NCBI GenBank assembly: GCA_030390025.1
Contig: CM059433.1
Span: forward strand, 30,320,001-30,384,000
Direction of reading: 5' to 3'
Origin: Squalus acanthias
Taxonomy: Eukaryota
Length of the DNA stretch: 64,000 bases
Position 1 is the first letter of the stretch. Every line of letters begins with the position of its first letter. The translations under genes and the position numbers were made by a program. The notes under the pieces were generated by a model. It had not been told where the DNA came from, did no database searches, and was given only the letters and a program-made list of their open reading frames with translations. Below are positions 1-11,680 of this stretch, in pieces.

Positions 1-1023
1 AAACAAGGTTTGGTTCCGTCCTGGATAAGTAACAAACACCTGCGGGCGCTCCACCCTTTTCAGAACGCATTAAGTCCGTGCCAGCTCAGGCTAGCTTCAG
101 AAGCTTACCCAGTCCCCGTGGACTGCGGACGATCAAACCATACTATTATGGGAATAGTATTACGTATGCCGGTTTTGGGCGACACAGCAAAGCCCGCCCC
201 GGTGTATCGGGTAGAGAACATTGGTGTCATTCAGGGGGGAGCCCACATTCGCTATGCAGCGGTTCCACCCTACGTCATCCGCTGGGAGCAAACGATGACA
301 GGTACAGATCTCTCTGGTTGTCGTGGCAGGGGAGCACACATAATACTGTGCCCCCAGCACTTGAATGCCTTTTTAACACCACAGTGCGGGTTCAGAACGG
401 CTGGCGCCAAGTCCATGAATTGCACCATGGAGGCAATGGCACAAGATCATGTGCCTCCGCAGGTAGCATACATCGGGGGTGGAACATATTGTGTTACCAC
501 TGCAGCGCAACACTACCAGCATGGAAACCGTAGCCGGTGTCCGGTGGGTGACAGCAGTTTCTGTTTTAAACCCAGGGCGGAAGTTCAAGTAGCACAACAG
601 CGAATTATCCCAATCCCTGAACCATCCACTGTTCATCTCACAGTAAAAGAGAATTTCACCGACTTGCAGCGATTCGTCGCGCATTTTGGATACCTCATTC
701 CCCCTCTCCCTGAACACCTCACCAAGCTTTTAAAAGCCGTCGCGGTGTCACAGAAACACTTTTACACATTAGAGCAGAAAACTGTCGAAATAGGAACAGA
801 CATTCTGGATATAGTAGTTCCACCGTGGTGGAATCTGTTCACTAATATTGAAGTGCCTTCATGGATCAGAATAGCCTCCCACATTTTAGTCGTATGCCAA
901 GTGTTTATTGTAGTGTACCTATTGGTCGTACATTGTAAAAGAGACAAGCGCCTCACCAAGCATGAAAACACGGGAGAGTGGCGAGAACGTTACGTGCGCG
1001 TGCACGATGAAAGCACCGTGTGA
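1..1023 (+). CDS. env: Env-like class I fusion glycoprotein, C-terminal part, of an endogenous retrovirus-like element (loki-/foamy-like, paramyxovirus-F-like Cys pattern); 5' end lies outside the window
   Basis: Frame is open from base 1 to TGA at 1021-1023. Cys-rich ectodomain (GTDLSGC..IILCP..PQCG..NCTM..GGGTYCV..RCP..FCF), N-glycosylation sequons (NHT, NCT, NRS, NFT), heptad-like membrane-proximal helix, TM segment (ILVVCQVFIVVYLLVV) and short basic tail. Followed by a polypurine tract and a TG...CA LTR. Confidence 0.8.
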   Translation, partial: KQGLVPSWISNKHLRALHPFQNALSPCQLRLASEAYPVPVDCGRSNHTIMGIVLRMPVLGDTAKPAPVYRVENIGVIQGGAHIRYAAVPPYVIRWEQTMTGTDLSGCRGRGAHIILCPQHLNAFLTPQCGFRTAGAKSMNCTMEAMAQDHVPPQVAYIGGGTYCVTTAAQHYQHGNRSRCPVGDSSFCFKPRAEVQVAQQRIIPIPEPSTVHLTVKENFTDLQRFVAHFGYLIPPLPEHLTKLLKAVAVSQKHFYTLEQKTVEIGTDILDIVVPPWWNLFTNIEVPSWIRIASHILVVCQVFIVVYLLVVHCKRDKRLTKHENTGEWRERYVRVHDESTV

Positions 1024-1474
1024 TCGGAAAATGGCGTCACTCCCGCGCGCCACGTGCACCGCGGAAGTTTGTACTCGATGATGATTTTCAGAGATTGTAA
1101 ATACGTTGGGAACTCGACATGTTTTAAGAGTTGGTGTTGATTATTTTTGGTGATGGTGTTACAGTTAAAAATGATTGTTTGGTTTTGGGTTTTGTTTTTC
1201 CTTTCCCTGAATAAAAGATGAATATACAGGTGATACGAGAGGCATCGGCCTGGTTACGCCGGGAAGGAAAACAAGTGGTGTAAGTTTAAGGGCAAATAAT
1301 GCCTACGGTGATATAAAATGTAATTTTCTTGGGAAATGAGGACGACACAGAGACCCTAGCTAAGTTAAAATTATGGGATTAATTTACTGGATTCGGAGAG
1401 AAATCGAGATAATATTGCTCACCACTATGATTTTTGATACGATAAGCGGAGTTATTCGCATCAACAGGAGGGAC

Positions 1475-3151
1475 TGTAGAATTCGCAATATATCGCGATT
1501 TTATTAATAAGGAGAAAACACAGAGTTTCGTTCAAACAGCTTTTATTTCAGCAGAATGCTGACAGGTTTAAAGTGGACACAAGCAGCCTGTAAAATGGCC
1601 GCCGCACCTCGTGACAGAACATTCTAGACTTTTCAACAGGCAGACAAGATGGCGTTCCAATAAACATTTGTGCAAGATCGATTAAGATTCAGCACAGTGA
1701 AGATAATACACGAGACATTATGGGTTTGCAGTATACACATAGATACTGAAATCGGTCTCCCAGGTACAAAGGAAAGCCATTGTACCGAGTAATCAAGGGC
1801 CCATCCAAAAGACATTAATATGTAAAATCCCAACGACTCTACGATGAGAGAGCCGTTAGCAGGTAGTTATACAGGACACTTGGAAGCCCCAAACCCCTCC
1901 AGGGAGAACACCGACCGATTTAACAATGGGAGAAATATTAACAGGTACTCAGACATTTACGAGTAGCCCCGAAACCCATTAAGAACGGAGATCACCCATA
2001 CAAGACATTTGAGCGCCAGACCCTAAACAAAAGAATGGACATTATAGTTGGGCGGGAAACGGAAGATTTTGCACTATAATTGCAGGCTCCAAACCGTCCA
2101 TTCTCTCTCTTGCTTCTCTTGCTGCTCTTATCATCGTGGCTGCTCCTGTGCTCTTATCCGGTCGATTCGTAACCTCGTGGCTGCTCCTGTGTACTCGTAG
2201 TTGGGCTCGCTCCTGCTTGCCTGTTGCCTCTTCTGAAAAGACTGTTGGACTTTCTGATCCGTTCGGATCTACCTCGTGTCGCGCAACGAAGACCTATATT
2301 GGTAACCGGTATCGGAACCAAAAGGCCCGAGAAGAGATGAGATGAGATGAGATGAGAAGAGAGGAAGACCATATCCATCGCCACGGTCAGTAAATCCCGA
2401 CCGCGCCTGTAGGTCGATTAGCCAAGTTTTCCTCGCCAGGAAGACTTCTTCGAACTTATAACGAAACATATTGCATCGATGATAACTGGACTGTGCCCAA
2501 AGTAACTGGAATGTGAAAGCCACCAATACAGATCTTCATCACAGCAGACGTTCCAGCCTGCTAACCGGAGCAGCAGAAGCAAGTAAACAAGTGGGACCAG
2601 GAGATCTCCTGACCGACACGTGGGTGCTGCGGTGAAAAACATCCGATCAGCTATTCGGAATTTCTCCGAGTTATCACGAGTGGTGAGCATGAGTCTCGAA
2701 ATCCTACGAATCTAGTTTAGGATAGATATTGATAGGGGAGGGTTTAAGGATTAAGGATATTTGTAATGTGTGCCCCTATTTATTTTGTGCCGTTCGTTCC
2801 TCGTTTCCCTAAGATCGATTATATAACTGTTTGTAAGATTGTACTGTCATTAATCTGTGCTTATGACATGTATTTCATAATCTTAAGTATCATGCAATAA
2901 AGATTTTCCATTTCGTACCATTCAAACCAAGTCTACATGAGTTTCATCTCCATTACTGCTCTCGCATCTAAGTCCAGTGTCTAGAACCGTAAGGGAGAGT
3001 GATTCGAACCACTCACAGGTGTGTCTAGTGTTCCCAGACTGGCTGGAGACCAGAACAGGCAACAAGGCCTAGACCCGCACTGACATACAGGCTGCACAGA
3101 GCCGCGTGAATCTCACAGGCTGCGAGACACGCAGGGTCAGAATCCCTTACA
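1475..3151 (+). mobile_element. 3' LTR (~1.68 kb) of the env-bearing element
   Basis: Purine-rich tract AACAGGAGGGAC (1463-1474) directly precedes TGTAGAATTC. The end GAATCCCTTACA is an imperfect inverted repeat of the start and abuts an unrelated Penelope 3' fragment. GC box/ETS/TATAAT at 2050-2080, AATAAA at 2896-2901. No 5' LTR in the window to confirm the boundaries. Confidence 0.7.
2336..2355 (+). repeat. (GATGA)4 microsatellite inside the LTR
   Basis: Read directly from the sequence. Confidence 0.9.
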
Positions 3152-3375
3152 ATCATCCCTTTTGTCTTTCAATCTTTCTTGCCTTCCATCCTAGCACAGA
3201 CCTTCCTTTTGTTCTTTCCTGCCCTCCACCCTTTCCCTGCCCCTGCATTTGCTTAAATATCTGTTACTTCTCCAACTTCTTCCAGTTCTGACGAAGGGTC
3301 ATCGACCTGAAACGTTGACTCTGTTTCTCTCTCCACAATGCAGCCTGACCCGTTGAGTGTTTCCAGCATTTTCTG
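3152..3375 (+). mobile_element. Penelope-like family A 3' UTR fragment with hammerhead motif (3284-3320)
   Basis: Matches the 3' UTR of the element at 42440-46425; contains agtt-CTGACGA-agggtcatcgacct-GAAAC-GTT-gact. Confidence 0.8.
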
Positions 3376-3492
3376 AAGATATCTCAGGAGTTAGTTCCAG
3401 TCACCACCTTTCATATGAGGGAAGCAGCCAAAGTTCTGTTCACTGTAATTCTGTGACCGGTTATTATTCTGTAACCAATTAGGGCCTAAGCA

Positions 3493-3658
3493 TGCACTCA
3501 CGTACATACGCGCATACACACGTTCACGCTTATACACACACGTACATACCACACACACATGTACACACACACACATGTACACATGCAGACATATGTCTAT
3601 ATGCAGACACATACACATGCACATACATATGCACATGCACACACACCCGTGCACACAT
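3493..3658 (+). repeat. Degenerate (CA/TA)n microsatellite
   Basis: Alternating cacatg/cataca runs; resumes briefly at 4570-4590 after the LINE insertion. Confidence 0.9.
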
Positions 3659-4567
3659 GGGGATGTTCGCTGATGACTGCACAGTGTTCAGTGCCATTCA
3701 TAACTCCTCAGATAATGAAGCAGTCCATGCCCGCATGCAACAAGACCTGGACGTCGTTCAGGCTTGGGCTGATAAGTGGCAAGTTACATTCGCGCCACAC
3801 AAGTGCCAGGCAATGACTATCTCCAACAAGCGAGAGTCTAACCACCGCCCCTTGACATTCAACGGCATTACCATCGCTGAATCCCCCACCATCAACATCC
3901 TGGGGGGTCACCATTGACCAGAAACTTAACTGGACAAGCCACATAAATACTGTGGCAACAAGAGCAGGTCAGAGGCTAGGTATTCTGCAGCGAGTGTCTC
4001 ACCTTCTGACTCCCCAAAGCCTTTCCACCATCTACAAGGCACAAGTAGGGAGTGTGATGGAATACTCTCCACTTGCCTGGATGAGTGCAGCTCCAACAAC
4101 ACTCAAGAAGCTCGACACCATCCAGGACAAAGCATCTGGCTTGATTGGCACCCCATCCACCACCTTAAACATTCACTCCCTTCACCACCAGTGTACCATG
4201 GCTGCAGTGTGTACCATCTACAAGATGCACTGCAGCAACTCGCCAAGGCTCCTTCGACAGCACCTCCCAAACCCGCGACCTCTTCCACCTAGAAGGACAA
4301 GGGCAGCAGGCGCATGGGAACACCACCACCTGCAAGTTCACCTCCAAGTCATACACCATCCTGACTTGGAAATATATCACCGTTTCTTCATCGTCGCTGG
4401 GTCAAAATCCTGGAACTCCCTCCCTAATAGCACTGTGGGAGTACATTCACCACATGTGCAACGGTTCAAGAAGACGGCTCACCACCACCTTCTCAAGGGC
4501 AACTAGGGATGGGCAATAAATGCTGGCCTTGCCAGCGACGCCCACATCCCATGAACAAATAAAAAAA
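3659..4567 (+). mobile_element. 5'-truncated CR1-group non-LTR retrotransposon (RT C-terminus and 3' end)
   Basis: ORF pieces MFADDCTV...AWADKWQVTFAPHKC and LSTIYKAQVGSVMEYSPLAW with a frameshift near 3905; ends in an A-rich tail. Confidence 0.85.
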
Positions 4568-4645
4568 CCCACATGTACACACACACATCTGGGCCCATTA
4601 TTAGTGGCAGAATCGGCAATGTGCAGGCAACACAAGCCCGAGACA

Positions 4646-5052
4646 GGCCTGAAATTGGGCCCCTGGCCTCATTACCATAATTTAGGCGAGCTGTCAGCGC
4701 CTGTCGTGCCTCCACAGGCAGCGTGCCCGGTTCAGAAGATGAATTTTGGGCCACTTACCACGACAGGCAGCGGCCCTCATATACAATGGATTGGGGCGGG
4801 GTGAGGGGGCGGACTGGGGGTTACTGGCAACAGGCCTGGGGACTGCTGTGGAGCCAGGAGGAGCACTCTCGGTATTGGCCTGTCCCTAGGCTGCATCCAC
4901 GCCAGGAAATGCTGAGCCCAGCTACTGCTTCGCTTGGGGCAGCCCAATTTCTCAGAGTGGTCCTGAAACATGTGTAAGGACCCTCATTAGCAAATCTAAG
5001 GGGCCTAATGCCTGTTTTAGGCGCTGCCCCAGATGCCTGAAAATCAACCCAG
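4646..5052. mobile_element. Degenerate GC-rich MITE-like fragment
   Basis: Starts GGCCTGAAATTG, similar to the termini of other Harbinger-like MITEs here; far end is poorly defined. Confidence 0.35.
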
Positions 5053-5457
5053 GCCAATATGGCTTTGGACGTTTTTCATACTCTGAGGTCATTTTGTGCA
5101 GACCTCAGTACATGCTTTAATTATTCAGAAGACAGAATGTATTGTAGTGCTTACCAAATGACACTATAACATAATGAACTATTAAAACACTCAGGTTGAG
5201 GGGAATCCATAATTATTTACGTAAATTAGAACATTAAAATGACAATTCTCATTAAAGAGGAAGAATTGGATCTTGTCCTTTAAAGGTGCTTAATAAAGTT
5301 ATCATTGGTAAAGTAAGGTACATCAGTGGAATATTGAAAGGTATTCATAAATGCTGGATCCCCTAACAAAGAGCGAGAATAGAATCTTAGATGTTTCTCC
5401 TTTGATGTCCCTCGAAGGACCATCTTTGGTTCATGAGCTCAAAGAGCTACCACAATA

Positions 5458-5910
5458 AAGAAATAAAGCCTTGCATTTATATAGTGCCTTTCACGAGCTC
5501 AGGGTGACCCAAAGAGCTTTACAGCCAAGGCAGCACTTTTGAAGTGCAGTCACTGTTGTAATATAGTAAACACAGCAGCCAATTTGTGCACAGCAAGCTC
5601 ACACAAACTACAATGTGATAATGATCAGATAATCTGTTTTAGTGATATTGGTTGAGGGATAAATAATGGGGAGGACACCCGGGAGAACTCCCTTGCTCTT
5701 CTTCGAATAGTGCTGTGGGATCTTTTACGTCCACCTGAGAGGGCAGACAGGGCCTCGGTTTAAAAGATAGCACCTCTGACAGTGCAGCACTCCCACCCTC
5801 AGACAAGTGTCAGCCTAGATTTTGTGCTCAAGTCCCTGGAGTGGGACTTGAACCCACGGCCTTCTGATTCATAGGTGAGAGGGCTACCCAATCAGCCACA
5901 GCTGACACGG
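5458..5910 (-). mobile_element. tRNA-derived Deu-domain SINE (SacSINE1-like) with L2-type tail
   Basis: Minus strand reads: tRNA-like head with A/B boxes, central GTAAAAGATCCCA..GCACTATTCGAAGAAGAGCA Deu-like core, tail GGCACTATATAAATGCAAG shared with L2. Confidence 0.8.
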
Positions 5911-5997
5911 TAATAGAATGCAAAGGCACATGTTATCATTTGACACTATTCCCACCGAATGTAGGTAAATTCAAGCTGTAGCCTTGTATCAATATTA

Positions 5998-6316
5998 GGG
6001 CAACACAGTGGCATAGTGGTTAGCACTGTTGCCTCACAGCGCCAGGGACCCGGGTTCGAATCCGGCCTCAGATGACTGTCTATGTGGAGTTTGCACATTC
6101 TCCCCGTGTCTGCGTGGGTTTCCTCCGGGTGCTCCGGTTTCCTCCCACAGTCCAAAGATGTGCGGGTTAGGTTGATTTGGCTATGATAAATTGACCCTTC
6201 GTGTTAGGGGGATTAAATACGTGGGGTTACGGCGATAGGGTGGGATATGTGTCAGTGCAGGCTCGATGGGCCGAAATGGCCTCTATCTGCACTGTGGGGA
6301 TTCTGTGATTCTGTGA
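5998..6316 (+). mobile_element. V-SINE (HE1-like) with CR1-type tail
   Basis: tRNA head (TGGCATAGTGG...GGTTCGAATCC), V-domain GTGGAGTTTGCACATTCTCCCCGTGTCTGCGTGGGTTTCCTCCGGGTGCTCCGGTTTCCTCCCAC, tail (TTCTGTGA)n. Confidence 0.85.
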
Positions 6317-6912
6317 TCAACGTCCATTTAAAGACACAGAACCTGCTCATGACAATTCCCAAATTGTTCGAGAAAAATAATCCTCAATTTCTTCTGGGTA
6401 AATTAGTCCCCATCTTCATTATGCCTGACCATGATGGCCCAGCTTTTGAGAGAGGACGTTGGAGTTGCCTATTCATAGACCACCACTAGGAGGCGCAAGA
6501 GACAACCCTCCTCTTCAATTTTCTTTCCCCCCTGCAGGAAGGTACTATAACCTACACCTGATTGTGTTTTCTGACAAGGGCTACATTGCATTACGGCCCC
6601 TAGTTGCTCGACTGCACAACTGAGTGGCTGGCCAGGCTATTTCAGAGGGCATTACCAGTCAACCACATAGTGTAGACTGGAGGCCAAACTCTTTGGCGAT
6701 GACAGGCTCCCTTAATGAACCAGTCAGGTTTTCAATCACAATCTGTCAGCTTATTCATTTCATTTTGCTGACACTAGGCCACAAATTAGCAGCTTTATTG
6801 AATTCAATTTTACAACCTTTGCGTTGCGATTGGAACCCACAACCACTACATCACCTTACTTGTTGAAGAAGCATTGAATGAGAAAAAGACTTCAGCCCAT
6901 TCCTTTCGCAGG

Positions 6913-7262
6913 TCATAGAGTAATACAGCACAGAAGGAGGTCATTCGGCCCATCGTGTCTGTGCCGGCTTTTGAAAGAGCTATCAAATTAGTCCCACTCC
7001 CCCGCTCTTTCCCCATAGCTCTGCAAATTTTCCCTTTTTAATTATTTATCCAATTCCCTTTTGAAAGTTACTACTGAATCTGCTTCCACCACCCTTTCAG
7101 ACAGTGCATTCCAGATCATAACATCTCATTGAGCAAAAAAAAATTCTTCTCATCTTCCCTCTCTGGATCTTTTGCCAATTATCTTAAATCTGTGTCCTCT
7201 AGTTACTGACCCTCCTGCCAGTGGAAACAGTTTCTCCCTAGCTACTCTTATCAAAACCTCTC
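6913..7262 (-). mobile_element. CR1 3'-end fragment
   Basis: Same 3' end as the copies at 34627, 52795 and 53771. Confidence 0.75.
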
Positions 7263-7589
7263 AATTAATGTGCAATTTTTTTTTATCATAGACATCAACT
7301 GACTTGAGGAAAGCCCTGTAAGGGATGCAACCTTGTCTTGAAAAGGAGGCATGTGGGATTTGAACATTGGTCTCCCATTAAAATGACTTAATCCACTTGA
7401 TTGTTACTCCTGCCACTAGACTGGGATTCAACATCCTCTGGTGCATTATGGCTGCAGTATGTACGGTCGAAAGGATGCAACACGCCAAGGCTTCTTCAAC
7501 AACACCTCCCATCTATACCACCAAGAGAGACAAGAGCAGCAATGTCATTGGAACACCATCTATTTTAAATTCGCCTTTAAGTCTTTACC

Positions 7590-7815
7590 CAGAGAGCAGT
7601 GAGAATGTGGAATTCGCTACCACAAGGAGTAGTTGAGGTGAATAGCATAGATGCATTTAAGGGGAAGCTAGATAAACACATGAGGGAGAAAGGAATAGAA
7701 GGATTGCTGATAGGGTGAGATGAAGAGGGGTGGGAGGAAGCTCGTGTGGAACATAAACACCGGCATAGACCAGTTGGGCCAAATGGCCTGTTTCTGTGCT
7801 GTAAAGTCTATCTAA
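7590..7815 (+). mobile_element. CR1 3'-end fragment
   Basis: GTGAGAATGTGGAA...TGGCCTGTTTCTGTGCTGTAA; homologous to 13017-13400 and 47973-48200. Confidence 0.7.
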
Positions 7816-8153
7816 TTGTATGTAAAATATAACAAACATTTAAATGCTTGCCAACCTGGAAAACTGTCAATAGCGTCACTCAAAAGCTAACCTGCACCCC
7901 CTGAAAACCGCTGTCACTCGCCATCCTCACTTGGACATACATGGCCATTCCTCCACCATTGTTGGGTCGATAACCTGCCTAACACCATCATGGGAGCACC
8001 GTCACCACAAGGACTGCTTCGGTTTGAGGAGAAAGCTCACCAACACCTTCCCAGGGCAACAAAGGGGGCCTTGTCGGCTCTGCTGACCTCCTGCAAACAA
8101 AATTTTAAAAAAAAACAAGCGTCCTACTTGCTGACTGCTCAGGTGAGCCTTAC

Positions 8154-8336
8154 CTTGCCCCTTTTGTCCAGTGAATAAGATGAGGTTGTCCTTGGTGGCC
8201 GAGTCTTGATCTGCTAGGGTAAATTTTAGACTGAATTCATAGTAGAAGCTGATATTCTCAATCGTCGAATAAGCCAAGAAGGAGGTAAAGCCAAACTCAT
8301 CTGTGCCACTAAAGTGCGGGTGTGTGATGTTCACAG
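8154..8336 (-). CDS. EYS: EYS coding exon (183 bp), start of a laminin-G domain
   Basis: Translates (A)VNITHPHFSGTDEFGFTSFLAYSTIENISFYYEFSLKFTLADQDSATKDNLILFTGQKGQ(G), which I recognise as matching vertebrate EYS (AINITQPRFSGTDAFGYTSFLAYS...NNLIFFTGQKGHG). Acceptor tctttcAG, donor GTAAG; phase-1 join to the 36303-36475 exon restores GCT (Ala). Confidence 0.95.
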
Positions 8337-8569
8337 CTGAAAGACAAACAACAGAACAACATTGATAGAACACACGGGTATTTGTCAGAACGACTCAATC
8401 CTCAACAAATTTGTTGTTTTCATTGCTTTTTAAAAATTAATCTGCCACTGCAAAAGAATTTGAGGGAAACCTTTCCAAAACTGCAAGGAAATGTCACCAA
8501 GTACTGGCATTAATCGCAGTTGATAGTTTTTCCTCCCCAACTGTCTCCCCATCTCTCATTAAGAAGGCA

Positions 8570-9112
8570 CAGACCATTCCAATGCTCTCCTGGCCGGCCT
8601 CCAATCTTCCACCCTCCGTAAAATTGAGCTCATCCAAAACTCTGCTGCCCATATCCTAACTCTCACCAAGTCCCGTTCACCTATCACCCCTGTGTTCGCT
8701 GACCTGCGTTGGCTCCCGGTCCGGCAACTCCTCAATTTTAAAATTCTCATTCTTGTTTTCAAATCCCTCCATAGCCTCGCCCCCTCTCTATCTCTGTAAC
8801 CTCCTTCAACCCCACAATCCTCTGAGATCTCTGCACTCATCCAATTCTGGCCTCTTGTGGTCCACCACTGGTGCCTTCAGCTACCTAGGCCCCTAAGCTC
8901 TGGAATTCCCTGCCTGAACCTCTTTGCTTCTCTACCTTTCTCTTCACCTTTAAAATGCTCCTTAAAACCTACCTCTTTGACCAAGCTTTTGGTCTCCTTA
9001 TGTCTCCTTATGTGGCTCGATGTCAAAATTGTATCTGATAACGCTCCCGTGAAGCACCTTGGGACGTTTTACTATGCTAAAGGCGCTATATAAATGCAAG
9101 TTGTTTTTGTTG
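8570..9112 (+). mobile_element. L2 LINE 3' fragment
   Basis: Decayed L2 C-terminal motifs (LIQNSAAHIL..PITPVFADLRWLPV..FKILILVFKSLH) and tail GGCGCTATATAAATGCAAGTTG. Confidence 0.8.
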
Positions 9113-9894
9113 GAAAAGTCATTTTTAACAAGTAGGTTTCTTTAGCAGATAGGCGGAAAACAATCATTTTGGGACAACTATTGGGAATTTCAGCTTTAAA
9201 GGTCCGTCTTCATGAGTAACAAATCCCATTTTTCATCTGTCGATAAACACCCAGCACAAAGACATAAAACTGGCGTGCATCACTCGCGCAGAATGTGAAC
9301 ATGACAAAAATGACTCTTGTCCCTCCCCCTCCACGAAAAGTATTTTTCAAAATTTCAGCTACGGTTTCCAATTTAAAATTCAACCTGAAATTTTGAAAAA
9401 AGAGCTTCAGAAAACCACCAACAACCTTCCTTACGCTAGATTATGATGCACTACATACTGCTGCTATCAGTTCAATGGCATTAGCCTGTCAAAAGTGGGT
9501 GACTGAAGGCTTCCCTGTGTTCATGTGATCAATATAACAGACAAGAGTCATTTTACATCTACATATATAAGTGTTCCACCCAAACATTCCTCTTTATTTT
9601 AAGCCTACTCTATATTTCATGAGTCTTCAATCCACAATCCTGGTGTATCTGCCTAATTGCCTTCGTCAGACAACACATTGTCCTAATTCATTAGAGACTT
9701 TGACATAACTCCACCTGCAAATTTAAGTAGCTTTTAAACATCTTCCAAGGAGCTTGGCTAACACATTCAGCAGAAGGCTGCATATATCCACCCACCTGAT
9801 CCTGGTTACTTTCTACAGTGACACTATGACCTTTGAACTATGTCCGTTGAAGTTTTATAATCTATTATTATGAAAGGAGCCGAGCCTTGACATA

Positions 9895-11145
9895 TTTAAA
9901 AAATTATTCTTGGAAATTGGCATCTATTGCCCATCTCCAGTTGCCCTGAGAAGGTGTGCATGGCTTGCTGGGCCATTTCAGAGGTCAAGGGGGAAAAATT
10001 CAGTATCGCCCCTTTTGGGGCGCAATTATCGGCCGGGCACAAAGATTAGTGCCTGGCGCTAATTATCGCCTCCGACTGCAAACTTGACTTTTATCGCCCC
10101 TGGAGGTGATTGGAGCGCTAAATCAGGCGCTTCACACCTGTCTTAAGGCGCAAAGGCCGAGGAGCGAGGCGCTACCTCAGAGCGCTGGCGAAGCTCATGT
10201 GATGTCAGTCAGCAATGGAACACAGACACAATGGCCCCGGGCAGTTCTTAAAGGGGAGGGTTGATCTTGCTTTCCATCCACATCCTGCTCATTGCAGCCT
10301 TGAAGCTCGGCCTGGAGAGACCTGTACATCAAATCTGCTGGATAGAACAATGGAGAGACCAGGGAAAGAGCTCAGAGTGCAGCCCCCACAGTCTCTTCTA
10401 AATCGATACAAGGAAGTGCAAATCAAAATGAACCTGCAAAGTGCTGCTCAGTACCCAAAACTCCTTCACATAGCGTTGAATCTCTCCAGAAGTTTCTCTC
10501 TCTCTCTCTCTCAGAATGCGTGGTTCAAAATGTCATCAACAATAAAAGTCAGGAAGCGGTCGCCTTTAAATAGCGCTCCCCCAGTCCCTTCCTGACTGCA
10601 AAACGCTCCCCTCAACCTGTCGTTGCTAGCGGCAGGCAGTAAGGCAGGGGGCACCACTCAATATCTGCTCCGGGGTGCTACCGGGGCGTTGCACACTCGA
10701 CTGACGTCACGATCTGCCGGCGCAGGAGATCGTGGCGGTAGTGTTTAGCGCCGCCGCAAAATGTCTAGTTAATTTCGCAAGCGGCGCAAACATCGCCACG
10801 CCCGGGCGCTAGTTGCTTTGCGCCCCATTAGCGCCCTCTTAAGGCGCTAACGGAAGGCGCAACCAATTGAATTTTCCCCCCTTAGAGTCAGCTATTTAAG
10901 TGTAGAGCTGGAGTCACATATAGGAAAGTTTCCTTCCCTAAAAGGGCATTAGTGAACCAGTTGGATTTTTACAACAATCCAACAGCCTCATGGTCACTTT
11001 TACTGATACCAGCTTTTTATTTCCAGATTTTCAACTGAATTCAATTCTCAAACTGGTGTGGTGAGATTTGAACTCACATTCTACTGGATTATTAATTCAG
11101 GCCCCTGGATTAACTAGCCCAGTAACACACCACTACACCACTGTA
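9895..11145 (-). mobile_element. tRNA-like SINE whose tail matches the 3659-4567 LINE 3' end, split by a MITE
   Basis: Head near 11140 (GGTGTAGTGG...GAGTTCAAATC on minus); tail CTTCTCAGGGCAACT-GA-ATGGGCAATA at 9925-9955. Related copies at ~6540-6860, 14350-14935, 26200-26355 and 36850-37230. Confidence 0.55.
9989..10881. mobile_element. Non-autonomous DNA transposon (Harbinger-like MITE)
   Basis: TIRs GGGGGAAAAATTCA / TGAATTTTCCCCCC; many subterminal AGCGCC/GGCGCT repeats; CpG-rich. Confidence 0.7.
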
Positions 11146-11386
11146 TCCGAGTCTTGCTGTATTTGCCTGTAGCTATGTAAAGGGTTTCCAGTTTAGTTTC
11201 TTGATAAGAGTGTCTACTTGTTTTAATCATTCTATTAGTACTCACATTCCTTTGTATATTCCTAGCCATGCTCATGGATCAAACATTCGTCTGGAAACAG
11301 TATGGAAAAGGGTGACAGTGTATTCCTAAACAAGGAGGGAGGAAGTGCTGGTTTAAGCAAACTGATCTAAATATCATAGAATCATA

Positions 11387-11680
11387 CAGCACAGAAGGAG
11401 TCCATTCGGCCCATCGTGCCTGTACCGGCTCTTTGAAAGAGCTATCGGCCCTGAAATTCCGTTCCCTATGGGTGAGTATGCACTGTGTACTCACCCGTAG
11501 GGCCAATGGAAGTGCCGGTTTTGCGCATGCGCTGGAAACCGGAACTTCCGTTCTCTTGAAGGAAGGGGTTCACAGGTCAACCACGTGCGCCGGAGAGGCA
11601 GCGCGAACGCATCGAACTTCCGTTTTTTTCTCAGTTGATGCAGTGCGGGTAAGTCCCTAGCAGCTGCGCGTGGAAAAGCT
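11387..11680. mobile_element. One end of a Harbinger-like MITE (same family as 58313-60242), inserted in a CR1 3' end
   Basis: Reverse-complement homolog of ~60040-60242 (GTGCCGGTTTTGCGCATGCGCTGGAAACCGGAACTTCCGTT). Confidence 0.65.

Noticed and set aside
2136..2690. Short ORFs within the LTR as accessory genes
   Set aside because: 69-90 aa, mostly antisense, with no recognisable motifs; cannot be supported without other copies.
3391..3816. ORFs rich in C/V/M or H/T/Y
   Set aside because: Translations of the CA-rich microsatellite.
5998..6070. tRNA-like A/B boxes here and in the other SINE heads
   Set aside because: They continue into SINE bodies and lack a complete cloverleaf; not tRNA genes.
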